A stretch of DNA of 62,815 bases, counting the filler, from Rhabdomonas costata (lineage: Eukaryota): assembly GCA_019059605.1 (NCBI GenBank). It is 36 parts of 36 records of this genome, joined end to end, with 100 filler letters (N's around TTAATTAATTAA, not from the genome) between each part and the next. Parts side by side here need not be neighbours in the genome. Positions count along the whole stretch, not along the records: positions 48,952 to 50,599 come from JAHMHO010011334.1; positions 50,700 to 52,346 come from JAHMHO010011335.1; positions 52,447 to 54,089 come from JAHMHO010011336.1; positions 54,190 to 55,836 come from JAHMHO010011337.1; positions 55,937 to 57,583 come from JAHMHO010011338.1; positions 57,684 to 59,331 come from JAHMHO010011339.1; positions 59,432 to 61,078 come from JAHMHO010011340.1; positions 61,179 to 62,815 come from JAHMHO010011341.1; 28 more parts are not named here. One strand, given 5' to 3'. The notes under the pieces were generated by a model. It searched no databases, had not been told where the DNA came from, and saw only the letters and a program-made list of their open reading frames with translations. Made by a program: the position numbers and the translations under genes. Each line of letters starts with the position of its first letter. The first letter of the stretch is position 1. Shown piece by piece: positions 50,515 to 62,475 of the stretch.

Positions 50515-53500
50515 GTTTTGCAGTAGGCCGCAGCGAAACCTCTGTCCGAAGGAAAAGAATCACGGCGAGCTGCCGCTGCGCAAATTGCGGGGCTGCAAAN
50601 NNNNNNNNNNNNNNNNNNNNNNNNNNNNNNNNNNNNNNNNNNNTTAATTAATTAANNNNNNNNNNNNNNNNNNNNNNNNNNNNNNNNNNNNNNNNNNNNT
50701 TTTTGGGTTAATGTGACCTTGCCCCTTTCTGGTTTGGTTTGTTTTGAAGATGGGAGCTGCCATCCCAATCACAGTCATTACAAAGTTTCGACGAGGTTGA
50801 GATATGCAGTGAACTCACCTTAGTATTTTTGGACCTTGCACAACACCCACTGAACCAATGAGATGGATACCGCCGGTTCGGATTTCATTCTCAAGTTCGC
50901 CCCCCACCCTCTTCCAAATAACACCAGAGTGACCCGAACCGATGGTAAAGAGTTCCATTCAAAAGGCTTTTCGAGACGCCCCGTCGCGATGACTGTGCTA
51001 CCTGGTTCACGGCGATTTAACGCGAAGAAGAAGAAGAGCCACATAGTTGCGAGGGGTTGCCACCTGGTGCGGTTGGCAAAGAAGCTTGCGCAGAAGCCCA
51101 CACCTTCGACCAGTCGCCTGCAGGAGCAGAGACGCGAAGCCGCGGCGGAGGCTCATCCCGCGGCCAACGAAAAAGGTTGAGTTCAAGCGGATGCGCGGTT
51201 CACGATTCAAACAAGCACACAGGTCAGAGCAAACCAGTGAAGGGCCGAAAAGAACGAGAGAAGTTGTGACAAAAACTCTGACCTGAATGAAATAGCGCTC
51301 ACATCACCCCGGGTAAGAGCACCAAAATAACTGGCTCATCCTTTGTCCGCTCGCTCGTTTGTTCATTCCGTCTCGTCCCGTGCCGTCCCGTCCCGTCCCG
51401 TCTGGCTGCAAGTCTTCAGCGTTCAGGAGCCGCCCAAGGCTTTGGTTCCTCAGGGTAAAGCTCAGGAGCACATTGCGGGCACTGGAGCCCGGCGCAATGC
51501 TTTCCCTTTCGTTACCGAAATCACAGCCTCAGCGAATGGGTTGGCTGAACCAGTCCCTCCGCAGTCCCCCCGTTTTTCCTTGTGCAGTAACTTGCGGTGG
51601 AAATTAACTTTTAACGGAATTCAGGAAGCAGACTCCCGAGATGCCCCCCCCCCATCTCCACTGAGCAAAAGAGCTGGGGAAGAACACAACAACAACAAAA
51701 GCGAAACAGAAAAGGGAGCGTTTCTTCACAAGGAAAAGGGTTTCAGCGGTCTAAGTGTTCGCCGCTGCCACTGGTACCCCGGTGTAGTGGGGTGTGGTCC
51801 TCGGCACAGAAGAAACAAAACACAAAAAAACGAAGTGGCACACACACACCTCCCACCTTTTAGCCTGTGGACGGCAGGAAAAGGCCCACACAGCGCGGAG
51901 AACCCCACGCACATCAGAAAAAAGGACGACACAGCAAGAAAAGGAAGGGAGGAAGGAGTGAACCGAGATGTAACAACAATATGCACACGGAGGGGGTGGG
52001 GGCGGGGGCTGAAGGCACGTAGTAGCAAACCAAAGGGAACAGTCTGTAGAGGGGAAGGGATTTGAATGGGATGGAAATCCCAAAGCGGCGGGTGATGTCT
52101 TCGCAGAACCGAAAAAAAAATAAGGAGATCCACGAGGGCGATGGGGGAACACAAACTATTTACAGCCGCACAGAAGGGAACGAAAGGAGGCCAACCGCAG
52201 GGCGGGAATGAGGGTGGGAGAGGGAGCCGAGCCGAAGACAGGCTCGAAGCTCGTTCAAACCGAACGCACGACCCCCCCGCCCGCACACGAACTCACTCAC
52301 ACCCGACACAAGGACTAAAAACAAGCCCCCAAAAGCCCCACCAACANNNNNNNNNNNNNNNNNNNNNNNNNNNNNNNNNNNNNNNNNNNNTTAATTAATT
52401 AANNNNNNNNNNNNNNNNNNNNNNNNNNNNNNNNNNNNNNNNNNNNTGTGGAAGGTTGTGGTTTAGGCACCCGGGGAAGGTAAATACTTCCAAAGGAGGA
52501 CTGGAACAAACCCTTTAATGAATAAAAAATAGGCAATACTTAATATCAGATCAGGTCCCTTCATTATCACCAAACGTCTCTTTCTATCCAGCTTCGGCTT
52601 CCCCCTCTCAACTCCCCACTTCCACTTCTTACGTAAAACAATATTTCGATGTGACTGGTTAAATTGGTCGTGCAAAGTCCAAGACAGCAGTCCTTTTGTC
52701 AGCAGCAACTCTGCAGGTAACAGTTCGGAGATCTAAGTTCCCCTCCGAGCAAAAGTGAGTTAGTACATCGCAGCGACCGAATTAAAGTGAACGAACCTAG
52801 CGCTACACCCACCATTTTGCATGCCATGCCTTAACCTTCACCCGTAATTCCGGAAAACCATAGAATCACAGCTCAGCCTAATGCTGGGGATTTCTGTGCG
52901 CCGATTTTGTAGGACAAAAAAAGCACCTCATTTCTGACAGTACATCAGTATACGGTGCATCAGCGCGAGCAAAGAGAGCAATAGTCACGGTCAGTCAACA
53001 AGCCACCGTGCCAGCGGTGAGCCAGCGGAAAAAAGCGCGGCCCACAGAGAGGAGTGAGGGGGGGGAGGCAATGCGCAGATGATTCAAGGGACAAAGTCAA
53101 AAGGGGCAGGAACGCAAGTGCGCGCGCTGGCCTTGAAGGAGGCACATCACACGCACATCCACGGAAAGATCAAGGGGAGGTACGCATTCCGTCCTGGCAA
53201 CGCTCGTGCTTTGGGCACGCCACCGCCCGACCAGGGGAAGCCAACCTCGCACCTCCGAAGTACACCTCGACAGCACACCCTTACATCACGTCACGAACAG
53301 AGACTTAAGCACAGGTCAGTGGGAATTGTCTCCGTCCACTCCATTTTTTTCTGTGGTGGTTGCTCTTTCGCCTAAGGAGACGTCCACTCACCTTCCCCTC
53401 GTTGATGAAACGAGGCAAGAAAAGCACCCTTTATGCTATGTATTGATTCTCATCTATGCTTTCCAATGTTTTTTTTTCCGGTTTTGTTTTTCAAATAGTA

Positions 53501-53759
53501 GCGAGGGGTATCTGCAATGGTTTGTTCCATCAGATGCCCATGCACTTGGGACAACTCAGTTGCCCTCTTCTGTTCCTATTCCACACCAGTTGATCATATG
53601 GAGGTTAACTGAACCCAATTCAATAAATGGCATGCAAGACTAGTCAAGGACGAGCACGCCGTACCCACACCCAGAATAGTGACCGAGTTGCCCCGCGTTT
53701 GGAGCTCGATTTAAACAAGAACAAGAAAACTGGTATCGTGGTATTTCAAACACAACGCA

Positions 53760-54089
53760 GTAGGCCACAAGAGAATGCCATCTGTATCGCCATACGCGCT
53801 TTGCATGCCTATGTATCAAGTGTATTTTCTGAAATGTGTGAGATATTCCGACATCTCAGGAAAACTGGTGGACAAAAGGCAGCCAGTGGCAATGGCTGGG
53901 ACATTGACATTGACCTCAAGTCAGTGAACAAAAACACTCCTTAGGAGGTTGAGGATTGGGTGTCTGGAGCCTATGCAATGAAGCAAGAGTGCAGCGATCC
54001 TTCCTTTATTTGTGTGAAGGAGATCAATTCACACAAATAAAGGGAAGGATCGCTGCACTCTTGCTTCATTGCATAGGCTCCAACCCAAC
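53760..54089 (+). mobile_element. Possible heavily decayed RT remnant (motif A region)
   Basis: GWDIDIDLKSVNKNTP*EV resembles the Penelope-type motif A D-x-x-S-x-x-x-N-I-P-x-x-E; contains stops. Confidence 0.25.
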
Positions 54090-54478
54090 NNNNNNNNNNN
54101 NNNNNNNNNNNNNNNNNNNNNNNNNNNNNNNNNTTAATTAATTAANNNNNNNNNNNNNNNNNNNNNNNNNNNNNNNNNNNNNNNNNNNNCTTCAATGGCT
54201 ATCTCTCTGTTTGGCTATGAAAACGCAGGGGACCCCGTGCACAGGTCAACAGACGTTTGCGCGTGTGAAGGGGGCGGGCGAGAGGAATTAAGAGGTCGTG
54301 CATGTACGTGCTTGGTGACTAAGTGTAGGGCGTGTTAAGAGGGATCGCATTTACGGCGCTTGCCACCATTGATCTTTTTGGTGGTGCTGTACACCCCACA
54401 ACAGTACTGCTGATTTTATGGTGACATCGGTCGTTGTGATCATGTGGTTGTGCATGTCTGTGTGTTGCTTTCCTGCAG

Positions 54479-55555
54479 ACTAATTGACCGCCGCGACCGT
54501 CGAAGGTTTGTGGGATTTACAAGGACATTTTATGTGTGAATAATTTCGGCCATCCCGCGCTCAAAGGTTCCCCAATGTTTCTAGGGCTTCGCACCACCTT
54601 CAACGTTCAGCTTTGCTGTGGTCAGTGCAACGCAACAGGGACGACCAAGCAGATCTGACGGGGTGCGGTTGATGGGTGAGCTGCATTAGAGCAGAGCAAA
54701 AGAATCTCTCCACATTTCTACTGGCAAAGTCGTTCCTGGTCACAGCTGCAGACAGGCTCACAGACCGACCCGCTTTGACTCTGCGTGTGATGCAGGTCCA
54801 CCTCTCGGGATCGCGACCGCCGCCGCCGTGACCGCTCTCGGTCCAGAAGGTCCCGCTCGCGCTCTCGCTCCCGCTCGTCGAAGCGCCGCCGCCGCTCTTC
54901 GCGAAGGTACCCGGATCCCTTCTCATCCCTTCTCTTTTCAGAACGTTTGCTTTGTAATCATCCTCTCGGTTCGCAGGAGATGGATGGGCTGGCTGGAGGG
55001 GGTTGGGGCATGCTCGGCACTGCTGACAAGTTCTGTGGCCGGCTTAAAAGGAGATTTGGTGAATCTTAGTTGCGCGTTTGAGTTGTAACCCCATTAACCC
55101 CATCTGAACCGCGGCGGCGACTAGAGCCTGAATGGCTCGCTTCCCTGCCAACAATCGTGAGCCCCTCAGGCAAATCGAATCATACGCCACTGCACCAAGG
55201 CCTTCAAAACCGGGCGCAGTGGAAGCCTTGCCTCCTCCGACTTCAATAAGGCTTCACATCTTTCATCACACCCCTCTTTCTGTTTCTGTTTCTGTTTCTG
55301 TTTCCCATTCACCCCCTTCTCACAGGTCTCGCGGGCGCTCCTCCTCTTCTTCGCGGTCGCGGTCCCGCGATCGCCGCAATCGCGGCAAGGACAAAGACGG
55401 CTCCTCATCCCCCGCTACGAAGCCAGCTACAACGACCACACCGCCAGCGGAGCCTAAGCGTGAGGAAGGGGAACCCTCTGGTCCTTCTGCTCAAGAGGAG
55501 GCCACCACCACGGCTAGTGCCCCAGAAAAAGCCCCGTCGTCGCCTCGCCCTTCGG
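54479..55555 (+). CDS. RS-domain (Arg/Ser-rich) protein, probable splicing-related factor; exons 54479-54505, 54796-54906, 55326-55555
   Basis: LIDRRDRR-R|STSRDRDRRRRDRSRSRRSRSRSRSRSSKRRRRSSR-R|SRGRSSSSSRSRSRDRR...; phase-2 GT-AG introns. Confidence 0.75.
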
Positions 55556-55730
55556 GTGCGTATGCCCGTATGCCCGTGCATTGTTTTTCATGTGAGGATG
55601 AGACTGGCTGGCCGCCTTCACTTCTCTACCTGTCTCTTGCTCCTTCACTCACGGTGACCCTCTTTGAAATGGAGGTTGTGTTTCGAAGTGGCTGTTTGCG
55701 ACCGCCCTCGTCTAAGTCGACGGAAAACGG

Positions 55731-55831
55731 GGGGCCTCTTGTAAGGGGGGGGGGCCTTAAACGTTTAGCACCGCCATATGTTCAGCAGTGCTAAACGTTT
55801 AAGGCCCCCCCCCCCAAAAAAAAGAGGCCCC
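55731..55831. repeat. Imperfect hairpin of about 100 nt (MITE-like) in an intron
   Basis: GGGGCCTCTT..G10-CCTTAAACGTTTAGCAC / GTGCTAAACGTTTAAGG-C11..AAGAGGCCCC. Confidence 0.85.
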
Positions 55832-56183
55832 TGTGGNNNNNNNNNNNNNNNNNNNNNNNNNNNNNNNNNNNNNNNNNNNNTTAATTAATTAANNNNNNNN
55901 NNNNNNNNNNNNNNNNNNNNNNNNNNNNNNNNNNNNGGGGGGGGGCTGGTACCAATGACGCACAGAAAATAAAGACAATTCGGCAGACACACGGTGTTCT
56001 TTTGCTATCCTATCATCTAATCGTAATCGGAGCAACCCTGCCCGGCCCCGGAGAGAGGGGTTGGGGAACAAGCTGGCGCGCTGCAAACAGCATTCCGGCG
56101 CCGTGCGTGCCGAAGGGCGCCAGTATAAATGTGAGCTACAGTGTTGAGAGACAGGAAGCCATGATGGTTAACGAGCACTGCAC

Positions 56184-56431
56184 CTTCACGGAAGCAGCGC
56201 TGGTAGGGGAGAGCCCTTGAAGCTCAGCGTCGTGGGGCAGAAGGGCCTCTGCAAGGTAGCACTCGCTGCCATCAACCCGGGAAGCCACCACGAAGTCCCC
56301 CAGCAGGGCCCGCGCGGCGGGGGTCAGGCAGACCTGCCCGCTGGTCGCCGCGTCCACCGCGGTCCCGATGAACGCCAAGGGTCGCCCCGCCAGGAGGTAC
56401 AAGCTGCGGCCCGGACCTTCGATGAGGAAGC
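56184..56431 (-). CDS. Class III nucleotide cyclase exon (soluble AC/ADCY10-like catalytic domain, C-terminal part)
   Basis: FLIEGPGRSLYLLAGRPLAFIGTAVDAATSGQVCLTPAARALLG matches the ...G-x-P-L...A-x2-A-x2-G-Q-V-x-L-(S/T)-P pattern; cag| and |gt bounded. Confidence 0.7.
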
Positions 56432-57740
56432 CTGCACCCCGCGCCACAAGTAGCACGCCATTCATGATGTTGGTGGATGGGTTCCGTTTTGGACCCCCCC
56501 CCCGCCGATCCCATTGCGAAATTATCACAAGACATCTTCACCTTAGCATTTAGCGGAGGCAATGAAGATACGGCAGTCAATGAGCCACATTACAAAGTTA
56601 AGGGGAGTAAAGAAAGTCCAGGTCCAGAGCGATTTTTCAGAACACAGCACGCAGAAGACAGGGGTATGTGTGTGTAAGTTCACAAAACCCTGGGAATCAG
56701 CGAAAAAGAGGGCGTTTACTGTACTGGAGTACACAACAGTAAGAGCACAAATTAGAAACCTTTCGGCGCTTGAAAGGGCCACTCTAATACAGAAACACAC
56801 TGCTTGGGCACAAATCGCCTTTCCGGTCAATTTTCCAATTTTGCCACCAACGCTTTTTCCATGACCCCCCCCCCACATGTTTTTCTACGCTGTCACCATG
56901 GCACTTTACAGGACGCCGAAAACGTATTGCAGGAACACAAACCAACATTTTCACCAGCAAAGCCTGACGAGAGGCTAAAAGCATGAAAAAATACCTGTCC
57001 ACTTCGACCTGGTGCGTCACGTCAAAGGCCAATTTTCACCAAAACATCTTTCACGGCCAAAAATAACCGTTTGCTTTGCTCGCCTCACTTAAAAAGAGTG
57101 AGAAATTTGCTCGCTGTACATTAACGGTTACGATTTCGGACTTTTAGAGCGGAAAAGTAGTTTAAAACCTCGCTTTTTTTTGCTGCCTAAAAGTTCAAAA
57201 GGGCCCTTATTTTTTGCATGCATGTTTTGGGACTTTGACTGAGTTCTTACTTTTGACGACATACTTTTGACGGAGCATACTTCACGATTCTCTTTTCGCA
57301 TTCACGTTTCTTCACGTTTCCCGGGACCCTGGATTTTATACTACTTTGGAACCAAACCATTTTTTTCTTGCTATGGACAGGATTCTATGAAAGCTCAGAA
57401 ATTGTGGATAGGAGGGTCCACTCCTGAAGTAGGAGCAGGGTACAGAAACCTTGCGACCCCCCCGAATCAGCCGGACCAGCGGCGCAGAGAGAGACATAAA
57501 GGGAAATGCCCAATCAGTTGCCCAAGAACCGACCGACAGAGCTGAACAGCGGGACCTACACCCATCAGGCAGAAAACACCAAANNNNNNNNNNNNNNNNN
57601 NNNNNNNNNNNNNNNNNNNNNNNNNNNTTAATTAATTAANNNNNNNNNNNNNNNNNNNNNNNNNNNNNNNNNNNNNNNNNNNNTGTGGGTGGTAAGAAGA
57701 TCGTTCTGGGAAATGGAAATCTTCTTACTACCCCTACATC

Positions 57741-58480
57741 TTATCGAGATGGAATTAGAAACGGGTGACCAGTGGAAAAGTAAAAGGTGAGTAGAGGAGA
57801 CGGAAAACAGTCCTTCAAACGGGGAAGGACGGCAAGCACTTTTGCAACATGCCTAGTTAAGTCGGGGGCTCTGTGTTCATGCATCGCCCCTGTTTCTGTT
57901 GCACGTTCGTGCATGACACCTCTGCATGAATCCAGCTCGACTTTGGGTTTGAACGTTTGGGTTTGAAGGAGCTTCACGATGAAGACACGGAGCGCATGAT
58001 GTGAACTTTCACAAGGAGAAAGGTCAAATCCAAGAAAGCTGTACACGAAGTGAGGTTTGACCATAAGTGAAGAGTTGGTGTTTCTGGCCGAGGGTGATGT
58101 GGTTTTAAACTTTAATTTACCCCCTGCATGTTGTTGTGTGCATCCAAAAGTGCAGACCAAAGCTCCTTTCGTATCTGGTACTTCTCGCACAGCAGAGAAC
58201 CAGTTACATCCGCAAATGTGCTCACGGGATCTCTTCGAGAGGTTAGATCAAGTCCAAAAAGCATGACGTTGGTATTTTCGACCGAGAGTAAATATCAGAA
58301 CGCTCAAAAGTTGGAAAGAGGAACGAATGGTCCAGAAGGGGCATTGGGCGACAGAACTCCTTTTGGGCTTCATGAAGTGCTTGAGCAGCAGCCACTTGTG
58401 GTGCAAATATCCGGCCCTTTTGGTACCAGTTTTGGCGTCATCTGGAAAGGCATACCCAAGCCGGATCTTCTCCATAGCAT
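57741..58480 (-). mobile_element. Probable decayed Mutator (MULE) transposase N-terminal DNA-binding region
   Basis: Intronless with stops; IRLGYAFPD... followed by SREHICGCNWFSAVREVPDTKGALVCTFGCTQQH resembles the MuDR/FAR1 G-x-x-F...C-x-W...H pattern, preceded by an acidic stretch. Confidence 0.4.
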
Positions 58481-60345
58481 TGCGTGGGCTCTTGTCTGAA
58501 ACCCATTTGGAAGTTTTCTCCGCAGCCTGGTTCGGGCTGGGGGGCACGTTCAACCTCATCCGCAAATTCACCGCTGTTCGCACTGCTGCTGTCCTCCTCA
58601 TCACCATCGTCCTGACCTGAGTCCACCAAATCGGGCCCGATTCGGATTCCTGTATATACCTGATCAAAAATTGAACCTAACCAGACATTAGGCCCTTGCT
58701 CACACTCGGGCGGAGCGGTGCCTGACAACCATAAAATTATGCACTACAAACTAAAGAAATAGCCACTTGAAAAAGTGCACCACGAAAACTGTGGGCTGAC
58801 AGGACGTGAATATTTCTTAGGATATTGTTACAGACGCGTCGCATTTCTTTTTCGTGAAGATTTGTTAGGGCCGTTTTTTCATTGTGTAAACTTATTTGAA
58901 AGAAATTTTATATCAAGATATTTGCTCGCTTTCAATGAAGAGCTCAGAGGTGGATAGGGGAACTGTTTGATGCAATGCTCCTTTCCAACCACCAAAACGG
59001 GTGATTTATAGCTTTAACAAGGAAAATCGCAGGGTAAAAGTTTCTCGATCATAGAATGACTGCACCTTGCTGTTTTCGCCTTTCTCGTTTGCATCCGAAA
59101 AACAATGTCTTTTTTTAGATTTTTTTTTGTAAAGCTCGCTTTGGGTCGTCGCACCCCCGGCTCTTAATCACTGCGAGCTTGGTCAATGCCACCGGAAATG
59201 GAAAAGGCGGGAATCCGCCAAGGCGGTCTCTAATTCCGCTCGCTAAAAGCGGACTCACAAGAAACAAAGAATACGAAGGGACCGCAGTGAAACGGCGAAG
59301 AAGATGCGAACACGTGGAACAAACAAACAACNNNNNNNNNNNNNNNNNNNNNNNNNNNNNNNNNNNNNNNNNNNNTTAATTAATTAANNNNNNNNNNNNN
59401 NNNNNNNNNNNNNNNNNNNNNNNNNNNNNNNCGCGAAAGCCGCTGTCCTCGGAGGGTTCTCGGGAGGTGGTGGGTGGCGGGGGTGCTCCGGGCGCTCCGC
59501 TTAGCCCTGGAGTGACCCTGGGCCACGTTCTTCGGGGTGGTCTCGGACCGGGGCAGCAGTCGCAGTGAAGTGGAGCCTCGAGGCTGGGCTGTGATGGGGG
59601 ACCGGATGGCGGTTAGCTGTACGATCTGTCCAGGCCTTTCGGCGCATGTTGGAGTTGGGGCTCTGTTGTTTGTGGCGATTGTCGTGCTTTACTGTGTGTC
59701 GGCCTGTTGTGTGTCTGATGGTGTGATGGCAGCATCTCCCGCAATGGCTGTGTCATGTCCTTGCAGGCTTCTGACACCCTGTCTGATGTCTGCTGTACAT
59801 ATCGCATGTTGGCGAATTGGCGAATTGCTTCGGTAGGTCTGCATGTTTTTTCTACCTCTTTGTTTTCCTGGAAGGCTCAGCAATTGTGCGGGATTTCACC
59901 AGAGCTCGTTGCTTGGAACCCAAAAAATATGTATTTGTCCGACAGGGTTTTTAATTTCATTTCGGGTATAATAAGCTTAATAAGTCAGTCAGTCTGTCTG
60001 TCTGTCTGTTGAGGTCAGAGGCAGGCGGCAAGACCGCTGGGAAAAAGCTGCCTCGAAGCTTGCTCTTTGTTTCCCTGGGTGAATTTCGTTGAGGTGTCAT
60101 TACCTCCGGTGCATGCACTTCCACATTCTTATGGTGTACCGCCTTTCATTTTCCACGGCAACGTTTGCTTCATAGACAAGCCTGCTCACTTCAAGCGGAG
60201 CTATGCTTCAATGGACTTCTTACAGTCACTTATTGCCTCGGTCGAAGTTTTAAATAATTGTGGGATGCCAGAGACAGGGGTGTTGTTGTTGACCGTTAGT
60301 TGTACTCGTGCAGCCGGTGCCTTTGCTCTGTGATATGGTCGCACT

Positions 60346-60660
60346 ATGGTGCGGCGGCTGTGGGCGCTTGGCACTGTGCTGCTCACGGCTGCCCTTGCGC
60401 TCCTCGCGGTGGAGCACTGGTGGGCCGGCAACAACCCCTCAGAGGACTTCCAGGCTCCTGGCGTTGACGCTGGCCGGTCTGACGCCGTGACCGCGGCTGT
60501 AGCGACCAACCATGGGGAGCTGCTGCTTGGGCCTTCCGCGACTAACTTCCGGGATTTAGATCGGAGGGAGTTTCTCGAGCGGGTGATGGAGGAGTCTCCG
60601 GTGATGCTGCCGGCAATCACCGCACATGAGAAGGACTGCCAGCAGGCCAGGACTTCTGGT
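60346..60660 (+). CDS. First exon of a type II membrane/secretory protein (3' boundary uncertain)
   Basis: MVRRLWALGTVLLTAALALLAVEHWW + stem region; GC3-rich. Confidence 0.55.
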
Positions 60661-61385
60661 GGTCCCCCCACCCAAGGCACCCCAACTCTTTCTGCCCTTT
60701 GTGTTATGGTGGGGCTGTAACCGATCCAGTTGGATCCAGTTATGCAGGAGGGTCGCTCCAGTGGATGAATAATTGTTTTCACCACACACCGTTATCAGGG
60801 CGAGGACGTGACCTGGGGGCCTCAGACAAAATAGATAAAATAGATAAAATATGCTCCCTAATAAAAATTTTTACTGCTGATAACCGTTCTCCAATGGGCC
60901 CGCCAACCATTCTGAAATTATGACAAAAGACAAATGCCCTTCGAATGGCACAGTGAATGATGAGCGCATGTTGCACAGCAGCAAAGCGCGCGGCAAAGAT
61001 ACGACACTGGCAAACAATAAATACTAGAGGCAGGAGAAGAACAACACACACATGGCGGGGGAAACATAAACACAACCANNNNNNNNNNNNNNNNNNNNNN
61101 NNNNNNNNNNNNNNNNNNNNNNTTAATTAATTAANNNNNNNNNNNNNNNNNNNNNNNNNNNNNNNNNNNNNNNNNNNNCGGGAGTGACCATGGCGGATGT
61201 CACCCAGCGAATAGGGCGAGGTTTTGGGCCGAAGTGAGTGGTCCTACCCCATTTCCGATGAGACGATTGGTGAGGTTCCCGAGGCCGGCTGAAGAGGCAA
61301 GATAAGTTCACCTGGTAGAACCCCCATAACAGAACGACAAGAGAAAAAGAACTGCAACTGTATGAAGGGGTATATTATTTTTCAG

Positions 61386-62475
61386 GTATCCCTTCGTGGA
61401 GGGCCCTCAGTATCTACCTGCCGGGTGCCCATCTCCACCAACCCAATATTTCCCGATTCTCCCGTGGTCCTGATGCAACTCCGAGAGGTGTCCCCCCTCT
61501 TGCTTTCGATGAATGCGTGAGTAAATGGGTGCAGGTCTCTCCCAAGGCTGCTCTTCAACGCAGATGGCGTGCTTTTGGTTGGGTGACTGGGACTTTTGTG
61601 TTGTGGTATGGCTGGTGACGGATGGTGGTGGTGGTGGTGGTCTCATTTGAAATGCTGCGATCAAGGGGTGGGTACGGATCGTCGCAGGACGGGAGCACTG
61701 AAAAGTTGGCGGGACACCTGTTCCTTTTGCTCGTTGCATCCCCTTGCTTCTCTCCATGATGACCGCAGCGACTTCCCTTTTTCCTTTTTTTTTTTGCAGG
61801 AAGTCACTATCGAAGTTCTCACAGAAAGAACAGGCCCCGTTACAGGGCCAGAGCCCCAGAGCCGTCTGCGAAGGCTTTTTGCATGCCTCGCGTGCCGCCC
61901 GATGGGCGATATGGAAAGCACCTGCTTGGCCCACCGCACCCTCGATCTTACCCTTCTAGCCCAAGGTGCTGTGCCTGCCACATGTGTGTGATCCTCCGTC
62001 TAAAAAAGAAATGACATTGAGGGCGGAGCCAAAGCAATCCCGAGGTCTTTTGGATGCTCAGTGGGCCTCCCGTTCCGGTCCTTGCACCTCAGGCCCCCAC
62101 CCGTGGTGGCTCTTCCTCTTTTATCTTTTGCCGCTTGTTTCCCCAGCGCAGCGGAGGATTTATCGACGGCACCCACACTGTACGTACATATGCAATTTTT
62201 GCTTTAGACTCAGTTTTGAAATGACGTTGAGGCAATTGTTGTTCGATAGGATTCTGACCAATTTGGGCACATCGCATGTCCAGGGTGCAAGAAGCGCAGC
62301 AGAACCCACAGCCATTTTTTATTTTTTGCGTTTTGCGTTTTGTTCACCTGAATCCCTAAAAACTTGCGCAGAAGGAGAGGAGTTCCAGATCCCTCTGAAA
62401 CCCGATGGGGCCATCACCTTCGTGCGGCGCCCATCACGGCCCCCTCCCCAACCTGCGGAAGCCCCCGCTGCAGAG
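61386..62475 (+). CDS. C2-domain-like protein, partial; exons 61386-61487, 61800-61965, 62372-62475
   Basis: VSLRGGPSVSTCRVPISTNPIFPDS...|EVTIEVL...LAHRTLDLTLLAQ-E|GEEFQIPLKPDGAITFV follows C2 strand order (NP-x-F; L-x-P-x-G-x-I); in-phase GT-AG. Confidence 0.6.

Larger units (their letters stand above)
1650..61178. other. 35 artificial 100-nt contig spacers (44 N + TTAATTAATTAA + 44 N), about every 1.75 kb; first at 1650-1749, last at 61079-61178
   Basis: Identical spacer each time; TTAATTAATTAA puts stops in all six frames; contigs between spacers are all 1643-1650 nt, i.e. a roughly length-sorted concatenation. Confidence 0.99.

Noticed and set aside
1694-61134. Regularly spaced TTAATTAATTAA repeat resembling a CRISPR-like or periodic array
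   Set aside because: Always embedded in 44-N flanks; an artificial six-frame-stop linker.
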